From a virus: a stretch of DNA of 64,000 bases. Positions 37,093 to 45,863 of this stretch are shown piece by piece (the stretch's first letter is position 1; each line of letters opens with the position of its first letter). The DNA lies in IMG/VR virus record IMGVR_UViG_3300025000_000084, positions 7,611 to 71,610 of that record. One strand, written 5' to 3'. The position numbers and the translations under genes were made by a program. A model generated the notes under the pieces. It ran no database searches. It was given only the letters and a program-made list of their open reading frames with translations, and was not told where the DNA came from.

Positions 37093-39693
37093 ATGAAAAA
37101 AACACTTTATATAATACTGTTCTTGCTGGTTTCTATTAATCTTTATTCACAAAGCGTTTATTTCGTTCAAGATACAGCATACAATGCGAATGCGTCGGAC
37201 AGTAACGCCGGTACGGATATTGACTATCCTTGGGCAACCTGGCAAAAAGCGTTAGTGACAGCACAAGCCGGAGATACAGTTTATTTTAGAGGTGGTGTAT
37301 GGTATCCCGAAGCCAGGATAAAGAAAGACCCTGACAATACTCAGTTGTATGGTGCAAGCGGCTACAACGGAACGTATGACGCTCCTATAGTCTACATGGC
37401 TTACCCTCCCGATGTGGCCGAAGGAGATATACCAATATTAGATTGCATTAATCATACTACTCTTAGTTCTTTTGATCAGGGTATGCAGTTTTTTGGGACA
37501 TACCAAAAGCTGATTGGCCCAATGGAAATTCGTCATGTTAAAGAGAAGGTATATAATCAAGAAATAAGGGGTATTGAATTTGGCAACGGTAGCTTGGGAG
37601 GAAATGTCTGGCTTGAAAGAATTGTATCTCATGATCATGGTGGTTATGGTTTTTTAATGAATGGGTTTGATACTTTATATATTACCAACTGTGACGCATA
37701 TAATTGCGTGGATAGTATTTCAGATCATCCGGGGAATAGGTCAGATGGATTCGGAGGTGGTAGTGGAGGTACGGCAGTTGATACTTTTAAGGTGGCTTAT
37801 TTTACGGGATGCAGATCATGGCATAATTCAGATAACGCCTTTGATCTTGCTGCTGGTTTCCAATTATATGTTGAAGACTGTTGGGCATGGAGTTGTGGTT
37901 ATCTTGAGGAAGGTGCTGGAGGTCATTTTAAATTTGCGGGTAGTGCAGTAAGAGATATGACAAAGCGGGTTGTTAAAAACACTATATCAGCATTTGCGAC
38001 AGGAGCGGGATATGTAACAGAAAATCTTTATTATCCTAATTACGGGCCAGTAATGTCATTTTATAATAACACTTCTTATAAAGACCAAATAGCATTCCAA
38101 GATGCTAATGAATGTGATGATGATCCTGATTGGGGGTGGACGCAGAGTTTAACAACCGGAAGATGTGTTTTTAGAAATAATATTGCCTACCAAACAAGGG
38201 GTAATAACGGCTTTAATGTATATGGTGCAACATTTGCTGCATGGTGTTATCAATACCCACAACACATAACACAAGATCATAATAACTGGGAACAGTTTGG
38301 GGACTATTATGCAACGCAGGTAAATGCAGATTACACCATTACTGACGATGACTTTACTTCAGTAGATTCTGTAACTATAGTTACACAGTTATCTGCTCCA
38401 AGAAAAGATGACGGTTCTCTTCCTGACATAACTGTATTAAAATTAGCGCCTGGCAGTGATCTTATTGACGGTGGTGTTAATGTAGGACTACCTTATTCTG
38501 GTACTGCACCCGACCTGGGATATTCTGAATTTGCTCCAATAATAGCCGATCATACGGTTGTAGATCGGTTTGATGACATACCTCAATATTACATTGATAA
38601 AGTAAAAGAAATGAGATTTGTCATTGCAGGCGAATCACACGCCTTGGGCTATGGCAGAGGATTGGAGAGATTAGAGGTTGACTATCCTCAGTTTGTTGTT
38701 AATTACCAATATAATCCAGGATCGCCTGAGGCTTATACAACATCACGTTTAAGAGCCGATCTATATACCTGGGGAGATGTAACCCATGCAACAGGTTGGA
38801 TATGGGGTTACGGAGAAGAAGACTGGTTTACATCGGCGGCTGCTATAGCACAGACAAAGGTAGGCTTATCTTATACTAATAATACAGTTTATGAACCATA
38901 TGCATTCGGATTCGGATGGTGTTATGATGGTGCAATAATAGATGCTACTGATTATATAGAGGCTACTAAAGAATACATTGACTATTGTGCAGATAGTATT
39001 GATACTAAGATTTACTATACTACAGGCCCAGTTGATTTGATGTACGATGAAATAGGCTACAATAAATATCTCATGTATGAACAAATACGAGATTCTGTAT
39101 CTGCCGATCCAAGCAGAATGTTGTTCGATTTTGCTGACATATTATACTATGATGACAGCGGTGATTATAGCACGGAACCATACACCGTTACATGGGATGG
39201 TCATACATACCCCGTTGGAACGCCAACTAATGTAGAGGATGATTTTGGTGCGCATATGTCTTGGGAGGCCGCCGTCAGGCTTGCAAAAGGCGTTTGGTGG
39301 ATGCTGGCAAGGATGGCCGGATGGGATGGATTATCGGTATCTGCACCATCAGAAAGCGATGCCACCGACATAACCGCCTTTTCCTTTACCGAGCAGACGG
39401 GAGCAGCAACCATCAACACCACCAACCACACGATAAGCATAGAGGTAGCCTACGGGACAAGCCTGACATCTCTCAGCCCCTCGATAACCGTATCCTACGG
39501 GGCATCTATTGACCCTCCCGGTGGCACGGCAAGGAACTTCACCTCTCCGGTTACCTACACGGTGATGGCAGAAGATGGGACGACCACACAGGTATGGACG
39601 GTGACGGTGACGGTTGAGGACTTGCCAATAGGACATGCAGCTAAGACAGGCAACAGGATAATGCTTCACAACGGAGAACCGGTAAGACTATGA
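37093..39693 (+). CDS. Secreted multidomain enzyme: PL9-like beta-helix, SGNH-like domain, DUF5018-like Ig domain
   Basis: Signal peptide ending LYS|Q; PWATWQK...AGDTVYFRGG; GNRSDG...NSDNAFD...HFK; LIDGG...APDLG; IAGESH; NFTSPVTYTVMAEDG. Confidence 0.8.
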   Translation: MKKTLYIILFLLVSINLYSQSVYFVQDTAYNANASDSNAGTDIDYPWATWQKALVTAQAGDTVYFRGGVWYPEARIKKDPDNTQLYGASGYNGTYDAPIVYMAYPPDVAEGDIPILDCINHTTLSSFDQGMQFFGTYQKLIGPMEIRHVKEKVYNQEIRGIEFGNGSLGGNVWLERIVSHDHGGYGFLMNGFDTLYITNCDAYNCVDSISDHPGNRSDGFGGGSGGTAVDTFKVAYFTGCRSWHNSDNAFDLAAGFQLYVEDCWAWSCGYLEEGAGGHFKFAGSAVRDMTKRVVKNTISAFATGAGYVTENLYYPNYGPVMSFYNNTSYKDQIAFQDANECDDDPDWGWTQSLTTGRCVFRNNIAYQTRGNNGFNVYGATFAAWCYQYPQHITQDHNNWEQFGDYYATQVNADYTITDDDFTSVDSVTIVTQLSAPRKDDGSLPDITVLKLAPGSDLIDGGVNVGLPYSGTAPDLGYSEFAPIIADHTVVDRFDDIPQYYIDKVKEMRFVIAGESHALGYGRGLERLEVDYPQFVVNYQYNPGSPEAYTTSRLRADLYTWGDVTHATGWIWGYGEEDWFTSAAAIAQTKVGLSYTNNTVYEPYAFGFGWCYDGAIIDATDYIEATKEYIDYCADSIDTKIYYTTGPVDLMYDEIGYNKYLMYEQIRDSVSADPSRMLFDFADILYYDDSGDYSTEPYTVTWDGHTYPVGTPTNVEDDFGAHMSWEAAVRLAKGVWWMLARMAGWDGLSVSAPSESDATDITAFSFTEQTGAATINTTNHTISIEVAYGTSLTSLSPSITVSYGASIDPPGGTARNFTSPVTYTVMAEDGTTTQVWTVTVTVEDLPIGHAAKTGNRIMLHNGEPVRL

Positions 39694-39782
39694 GCCTTCT
39701 GGGATAAGATAACAATAAAGGTCAACCTGGTATCGGTGATAAAGCTGGTGCGATGGTGGAAGAAAAGACGGAGGAAAGAATA

Positions 39783-40076
39783 ATGAACGATTTGATATTA
39801 CACTTCGGATTCGGGGCGCTGATAACAGCGGCGATCCTCTTGATATTCAGCAAACCGACTGCCGGACGCAGACCTGATTGGTTGGTAGTGCTGGCCGTTG
39901 GTGCCTCTCTCACCCTTGGTGGCATAAAAGAGGCCGGGGATCTATGGCTCGGATGGGGTACTCCGGAGGTGGCAGATCTCACGTTAACCTGGTCGGGAGG
40001 GATAGTGGCCCTTGCGGTCATTGCCATGGTTGATTGGATCATTTATGTAATATGCTTTAACCGTAATAAACGATGA
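39783..40076 (+). CDS. Small multi-pass membrane protein
   Basis: Hydrophobic helices with a KExxD...D..T..G pattern common in phage late regions. Confidence 0.6.
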   Translation: MNDLILHFGFGALITAAILLIFSKPTAGRRPDWLVVLAVGASLTLGGIKEAGDLWLGWGTPEVADLTLTWSGGIVALAVIAMVDWIIYVICFNRNKR

Positions 40077-41617
40077 AAAAGATTCTCATATCTACAATAC
40101 TTGTTTTGGCAATAGTCATCAATAGCTGTGCGCCAAAGAAGATGATGACGAGCGCCAGGGCGTTTGATACATCGCCCTTGGACTCCATAAATGTCGGGGC
40201 GTACAACAATGATCCGTCAGCGGATAAACTTCGTACCTCCTTTATCAAGGCAAACCAGCCGATCAACTTGGCCAATTACCTTGAGCTTTATACCTTCTCT
40301 CCAGCTGAGTTCGCAATTCTTCGCGGAGGGCTTATTACTACTGCCGAACTGAATCGTCTTTCAGGAGTGACCTCTAACGTCCAGACACAGCTCAATGCCC
40401 GGATAGAGACCGCAGACAGCACCGGGAATGCTGCTGGCAACTATGTCACCAGGAAGGCGCTGCGAGATACCATCGCAAGCGGTGACTATGCCACAAAACA
40501 AAACATTAATGATACTATGAGCACTTACCTTGCTACCGCAACGGTAGGTGTTGCTGCCGCGGATTCAAACATCTATGCGGGTTACACCACGCGAACATAC
40601 GTTGAGTCATTATTAGGCAGCGGATCGGGGTTATCTGCCCAACGACTGGCGTTTATTATAGGCGTGACCACAGGTGCGCCATCGGCTGCTGACTCAATAG
40701 TAGTTCATTCGTCCTTTGAAGGTAAGCATATAGATGTTTACCGTAATACTAATACTATAACTGGTGGAGCCAAACAATTTCAACAGTTCACAGCAACAAA
40801 TATTTATGATGGATTTAGGGTAAAACATGATACCATTACTGTTAATCCAGTATGGGTTGCCGGCGAACAAGTAATGATAGACATTATTGAACCTATTTTA
40901 TGGAGCTACCTGTCACTTGAGGGGGAGGAGTCAGCTTTGCTTGACAGTTTGAATGGTTATTGGAAGTTCGATGAAGCATCGGGTACTGCGGTGGTTGATG
41001 CTACCGGCACACAGAACGGAACAACTAACGCCACGGCTGGGGTTGCTGGTAAACTTGGATTGGCACGAGACTTTGATGCAGCAAATGATGTGGTTAATAT
41101 AGCCTACAACGCCAATACGGTTCCGAGTGGTGCTGATTTCTCAGTAGCCATGTGGTTTAAGATGGATAGCTTACCTTCAGTGATGGCGCAGAGTAACTAC
41201 CTGTTCCAACAGAACAGAGGCTCAAGCCCATATAGCGCTCATTATTTATATATAAATAGTGCTGACGATAAGTTAAAGGGAGTGACAAGGAATACGGACG
41301 GAACATCTTATGAAGTGCTTTCCTCGGGGGCGTTATCAGTAGATACGTGGTATCATGTGGTATTCGTAAATAGAGGTGACGGACAGACCTTGCAGATGTA
41401 TCTTAACGGAACAGATGTATCTGCATCAGCAGGAACATTTAGTGGAACTTTAATGGAAAGCGCATCAACTACTTGCTTTGGTAATTCTTATAGTGGAGCA
41501 GGAAGTTATTTTGAAGGAATAATTGACTCTCCCGGGATATGGAACAGGGCATTAACATCGGGCGAGGTAACAACCTTATATAATTCAGGCAACGGGAATA
41601 CCCATCCATTTAATTGA
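40073..41617 (+). CDS. Fibre-like lipoprotein with a C-terminal LamG/ConA domain
   Basis: MKKILISTILVLAIVINSC lipobox; NDPSADKLRTSFIKAN; TAELNRLSGVTSNVQTQLN; GYWKFDE...WYHVV...IWNRALTSGEV. Confidence 0.8.
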   Translation: MKKILISTILVLAIVINSCAPKKMMTSARAFDTSPLDSINVGAYNNDPSADKLRTSFIKANQPINLANYLELYTFSPAEFAILRGGLITTAELNRLSGVTSNVQTQLNARIETADSTGNAAGNYVTRKALRDTIASGDYATKQNINDTMSTYLATATVGVAAADSNIYAGYTTRTYVESLLGSGSGLSAQRLAFIIGVTTGAPSAADSIVVHSSFEGKHIDVYRNTNTITGGAKQFQQFTATNIYDGFRVKHDTITVNPVWVAGEQVMIDIIEPILWSYLSLEGEESALLDSLNGYWKFDEASGTAVVDATGTQNGTTNATAGVAGKLGLARDFDAANDVVNIAYNANTVPSGADFSVAMWFKMDSLPSVMAQSNYLFQQNRGSSPYSAHYLYINSADDKLKGVTRNTDGTSYEVLSSGALSVDTWYHVVFVNRGDGQTLQMYLNGTDVSASAGTFSGTLMESASTTCFGNSYSGAGSYFEGIIDSPGIWNRALTSGEVTTLYNSGNGNTHPFN

Positions 41618-41618
41618 T

Positions 41619-43043
41619 ATGAGAAAATATCTAACTATATTATTGATTTTACTGCCGCTTCTCCTGAATGCGGGGACATACTACGTGGCTACAACGGGAA
41701 GTGATGCGGCGGCAGGGTCGCTTGCCGCTCCGTGGGCAACGTGGCAAAAGGGATTCTCTACAATTATTGCTGGTGATACATTATATATAAGAGGTGGCAC
41801 ATATCAACCGATAGGAACGTCTATTGGAACTATTTTTACAACCGAATGGTGGGGGTGTGTGGGACTGTATAACCACAACGGCACGGCACTGAACAGAATA
41901 GTAGTGATGAATTATCCGGGGGAGATACCGATCCTTGACGGTGTGAATAATACCGCAGCAAATAACGGACGGGGCGGTTCACGCTTTGGAATAGTGATGC
42001 GCCACTGTGACTACTGGACATTTAAGGGCTTAAATGTAACGGGCGTGGTTCAGCTTACAGGAGAATTAGGGGTTGCCGGATTTAGGATGCAAGAAAATTC
42101 AGACCATAACGAAATAATCGAATGTAATGTTTATGGTATGGGAGGTTCGGGTATTTCTCTCATGTATGACTGCACGGATAATTTGATATACAACTGTGAC
42201 GTATATGATAATGAAGACCCGCTAAGTACGCCAACCCCGGGAAATAACTCTGACGGGATAGAGATAGCAGACATAACCGACACAGCTATGGTCAATACCA
42301 TTAGAGGCGTAAGGATGTGGGGGAACTCTGACGACGGAGTGGATTTAATGCGTAATGAGGGTAAGGTAATTATTGATAGCTGTTGGGCTTTTTATAATGG
42401 TCTTCTCGCCGGGAAGGTTGCAAACGGGTTTAAGTTAGGTTGGGCAGAAGACCCTCCGGTGATTGAATACAATCGTGTCGTCACAAATTGTATGGCAGCA
42501 TATAACACCAGCACGGGGTTTAACGCAAATAACTGTATGCAGAAGATGCAGATATACAATAACCTGTCAATAGGAAATGATAATGATGGTTTCTGGTGGT
42601 ATATTTTTGGAGCAAGGGGTGGGGCATCAATATTCAGAAATAACATATCAATCTTAAATGACGGGTATCAGTACTCTTATATTTATCTTGATACTTATAC
42701 TTTCGATCATAATAATTGGGATGCACTCTACGATCAGACGGGGCCCGTGGCAAGCGTTGAGGACTTTGTAACGTTGGATACGTTAGGCTTGCGGTATTCG
42801 AGAAAAGCCAATGGCAGTCTCCCTGATATAAATTTTGCCAAGCTAAGGTCAACATCAGATTTAATTGATGCGGGAATAGATGTTGAGATCGCATACACCG
42901 GGATATATCCCGATTTAGGGCTATTTGAATATGTTGTCGAGGAGATAGATGAAGAGGATTTCCCGAGGGTTACAGCGATAGGCACGGGTACGGGCAATAA
43001 CTTATTAGTTGATAAAAACGGAAGAGTAATAATCATACAATAA
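41619..43043 (+). CDS. Secreted PL9 (Pel9A-like) right-handed beta-helix lyase
   Basis: Signal peptide; YYVATTGSD...PWATWQK...GDTLYIRGGTY; GNNSDG, NSDDGVD, NGFKLG. Confidence 0.85.
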   Translation: MRKYLTILLILLPLLLNAGTYYVATTGSDAAAGSLAAPWATWQKGFSTIIAGDTLYIRGGTYQPIGTSIGTIFTTEWWGCVGLYNHNGTALNRIVVMNYPGEIPILDGVNNTAANNGRGGSRFGIVMRHCDYWTFKGLNVTGVVQLTGELGVAGFRMQENSDHNEIIECNVYGMGGSGISLMYDCTDNLIYNCDVYDNEDPLSTPTPGNNSDGIEIADITDTAMVNTIRGVRMWGNSDDGVDLMRNEGKVIIDSCWAFYNGLLAGKVANGFKLGWAEDPPVIEYNRVVTNCMAAYNTSTGFNANNCMQKMQIYNNLSIGNDNDGFWWYIFGARGGASIFRNNISILNDGYQYSYIYLDTYTFDHNNWDALYDQTGPVASVEDFVTLDTLGLRYSRKANGSLPDINFAKLRSTSDLIDAGIDVEIAYTGIYPDLGLFEYVVEEIDEEDFPRVTAIGTGTGNNLLVDKNGRVIIIQ

Positions 43044-43054
43044 TTGATACAGCC

Positions 43055-43423
43055 ATGCCGCCTACGAGAACAACCGTCCACACCTGCAATAAAACAAATG
43101 AGATTCATGCTCTGGCTAAGAAGGTGGACAAGTTGGATCAGGATTACAACGGCAGCGGGACTGAACCTGGCATGAAGGGACAACTGGCCACCCTGATCGG
43201 TTTGGTAACACCTATGAGTCAGGATGTCAAGATGTCTAAAGAGTTTATTCTGAATTATAAGGAGAGGGAGAGAGTATTAAAGGAACAGGCCGATAAGAAG
43301 AGAGCCGAAGAGGATAAGCGGAACCGGAGCGTTAATAAGTGGGTGAATATTGCAATTGCTGTTATAGCTTTTAGTGCATTCATCTTGTCTGCCTTCGCGC
43401 TCAAGGGTTGTGCACCATTATAA
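43055..43423 (+). CDS. Coiled-coil protein with a C-terminal TM helix (lysis-module membrane protein)
   Basis: 122 aa, TM segment WVNIAIAVIAFSAFILSAFAL. Confidence 0.6.
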   Translation: MPPTRTTVHTCNKTNEIHALAKKVDKLDQDYNGSGTEPGMKGQLATLIGLVTPMSQDVKMSKEFILNYKERERVLKEQADKKRAEEDKRNRSVNKWVNIAIAVIAFSAFILSAFALKGCAPL

Positions 43424-43433
43424 CATCACTACC

Positions 43434-43658
43434 ATGGAGTTCATAAACAGCTGGAAGTCGAAAAAGAAACAGGGTGACAAGATCGCCATCAAGGTAAGGA
43501 TAGGCAAGTTTACCCTCTTCGATCTGTACTATGACCATGCCAAACGCCAGTTTGGAATCATATTGTTTAACCTGGGAGCCAGAACGTCACTCCCGAAAAA
43601 GTGTGAAAGCAATGAAAACTATAAAGGTTCTACTTATGAAGATAGCCGCTTTCTTTAA
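43434..43658 (+). CDS. Small hypothetical protein
   Basis: Likely start MEFINSWKSKKKQGDK; beta-rich. Confidence 0.55.
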   Translation: MEFINSWKSKKKQGDKIAIKVRIGKFTLFDLYYDHAKRQFGIILFNLGARTSLPKKCESNENYKGSTYEDSRFL

Positions 43659-44448
43659 GAGGATTTTCACTCCGGCACCGGAGCAGCCATTTGTTTACGG
43701 GATGTATTGCTGTCTGTCCTTTGCCATCAATAAGTACACCCAGAGCCCTCTGAGGGGTTGCCTTAACGATCAGAAAAGGATTGTAGCCAGGATAAAGCAG
43801 TTCTGGTCACAGTTTGTGTTCCGGTTGTTTCAGGACTCCGATGCTACTTGGCAGAAGTTCGAGGCCGAGATCCTGAAAGCTTTTGAAAACATGCCTACCG
43901 GATGGCTGATAATTCACTACTCGGGGCATGGGACCTACAAACGTAATCCCCGGGAGATAGACGGGTTCAGCGAGGCATTCTATTTCCATAACGGCTCTTA
44001 TGCCGACTACCAGCTCTATGAACTTATGAAGAAGAAGCCGGCAGGACTGAAGGTGGTCTTTATTCTCGACTGCTGCTTCTCTACCGGTATCACTGTCCCA
44101 AGGGTCAAGTATAATCCACACTACAAGCAGGCCCGTTTCCTTGTCTCTGAGCCGATGCCGGAGAACTTCAATGTATCCAAGAGAGCAATCATCGAAGAAG
44201 ATATTGACTGGATTGTATTCGCTGCCTGTGGTGAACGGGAGACAGCGGCAGATGCTTACATCAATGGGGATTATACAGGAGCATTCTCATGGTACTTTTC
44301 TCAGATCATGCGACCGGGGATCTTCTTTGCCAATTGGCAAAAAGAAGTTGATAAGTACCTTCCGTCAACTGATTATAAGCAGTCCCCTTCGCTTACGGGA
44401 AGCAATGAGCTTATGCACCAGCTTCCATTTGAGATACCGGCAGTATAA
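43612..44448 (+). CDS. Caspase-family (C14, metacaspase-like) cysteine protease
   Basis: INKY..SPLRGCLND, HYSGHG, ILDCCFS, AACGERETAAD, GAFS, QSP. Confidence 0.9.
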   Translation: MKTIKVLLMKIAAFFKRIFTPAPEQPFVYGMYCCLSFAINKYTQSPLRGCLNDQKRIVARIKQFWSQFVFRLFQDSDATWQKFEAEILKAFENMPTGWLIIHYSGHGTYKRNPREIDGFSEAFYFHNGSYADYQLYELMKKKPAGLKVVFILDCCFSTGITVPRVKYNPHYKQARFLVSEPMPENFNVSKRAIIEEDIDWIVFAACGERETAADAYINGDYTGAFSWYFSQIMRPGIFFANWQKEVDKYLPSTDYKQSPSLTGSNELMHQLPFEIPAV

Positions 44449-44546
44449 TATTTTTTTGCACACAATACGACAGAAACGCAGTACATTACAACAAAAGTGA
44501 TAACTTTGATACGCTAAAACATTAATGTTTAACTAAATCCAACAAA

Positions 44547-45335
44547 ATGAAACAAAGTAAGTTTTTAAATCTGAATTGGGCTGACCTGGGAAAGGGACTG
44601 CTCATTGCATTCCTTACTGCCCTGCTGGGCGGCATACTTGAACTTCTACAGGCCGGTGAACTACCGACTACATGGGTAGCGTTTCAGCCTATCCTTGAGG
44701 TTTCTCTTTCGGCAGCGGTGGCATATTTGCTCAAGAACATGTTTACAAACAGTGAAGGCCAGCTAATGAAGGGAGAGCTCTCCGCACAGAGAAAGCGAGC
44801 CTCAAGGATGGGAAGGGTCATGCCTCTGCTTATCCTGTTATGCTTATTGAGTTTCGGAGTCAATGCACAGGGGTTTGTAAAAGATGTAACGCCCGAGAGA
44901 ATCGCCAAGAAACAGGCGGTCAGAGAACGGAGTACGGACACCTTAGTGTATAACGACCAGCATGCTTATTTTCTCAGGGGAGGACTTACGGCTGGGTATA
45001 AAAAGCTCTATTATTCCTCTACCGAAAAGAAGATTCTTGGCAACGATTATGAGAGACCAGGCGTAGGACTTGAATACGCAAAGTACACCGTGGTAAATGG
45101 AGAGGCTGTGAGTGATATTGGGTTCGGAGGATATCTCATGATTCCGGTTAAGGATGCGGAGAATTACATATCCATTCTCGCTACAGTACAGATATATGAC
45201 CTCGCACGAAAGTTCAAATTAGACTTTCTACCTCCGGGGCTTAGTATTGGATGCGGCCCGTGTTACGACTTTAATAACGCCATACCACTTATCGAGAGAT
45301 TTGGCATTGTGCCAACCATTGCGATAAAATTCTGA
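44547..45335 (+). CDS. Holin-like N-terminal domain fused to a signal-peptide-bearing, beta-barrel-like domain
   Basis: DLGKGLLIAFL...AYLLKNMFTNSEG (two TM helices); internal MPLLILLCLLSFGVNA|Q; alternating beta strands ending IAIKF. Confidence 0.6.
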   Translation: MKQSKFLNLNWADLGKGLLIAFLTALLGGILELLQAGELPTTWVAFQPILEVSLSAAVAYLLKNMFTNSEGQLMKGELSAQRKRASRMGRVMPLLILLCLLSFGVNAQGFVKDVTPERIAKKQAVRERSTDTLVYNDQHAYFLRGGLTAGYKKLYYSSTEKKILGNDYERPGVGLEYAKYTVVNGEAVSDIGFGGYLMIPVKDAENYISILATVQIYDLARKFKLDFLPPGLSIGCGPCYDFNNAIPLIERFGIVPTIAIKF

Positions 45336-45341
45336 TAACCC

Positions 45342-45860
45342 GTGAAGATCACCGCAGTTATAGGACGAAGATATGAGGCCGCCCAGACCCCTGGGGGCCT
45401 CTTCGTCTTTGACCAGGATCAGGTGATCCTCGATGTATTGACCTTGGAGCTCCCATGGTTGGACAACGAGAGGGAGATCAGCTGTATTCCGGCCGGCACC
45501 TATAAGTGCGAGCGATTAAACCATCCCAGGTTTGGGCATTGCTGGTGGGTTAAAGATGTGCCCGGCAGAAGTGAGATTTTGTTCCACTCTGGAAATTATG
45601 CAAGTGAACGTGCAATAAAGATGATAAGCCTATCGAGTTTCTTGCACTTCATTAAAAGACTATTCAACTATCACTGGAACGGGATCCCGATGGAACCGCT
45701 CAGCAACCCGCGTAAGGTGGATACTGAAGGCTGCATCATGCCTGGGCTTCAGTTCGTAGATATAAATAAAGATGGTATTCTCGACATTGCAGACTCACAA
45801 AAAGCCATGAAACAGTTAAGAGCTGTCCTACCAGATCGATTTAACCTTGTAATACTTTAA
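45342..45860 (+). CDS. DUF5675-family putative endolysin
   Basis: TLELPWLDN...SCIPAGTY...DVPGRSEILFHSGN...DTEGCI. Confidence 0.85.
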   Translation: MKITAVIGRRYEAAQTPGGLFVFDQDQVILDVLTLELPWLDNEREISCIPAGTYKCERLNHPRFGHCWWVKDVPGRSEILFHSGNYASERAIKMISLSSFLHFIKRLFNYHWNGIPMEPLSNPRKVDTEGCIMPGLQFVDINKDGILDIADSQKAMKQLRAVLPDRFNLVIL

Positions 45861-45863
45861 GCC

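Noticed and set aside
34900-40500. Diversity-generating retroelement TR/VR pair
   Set aside because: Repeat differences are mostly synonymous and not adenine-specific, and no reverse transcriptase is present in the window.
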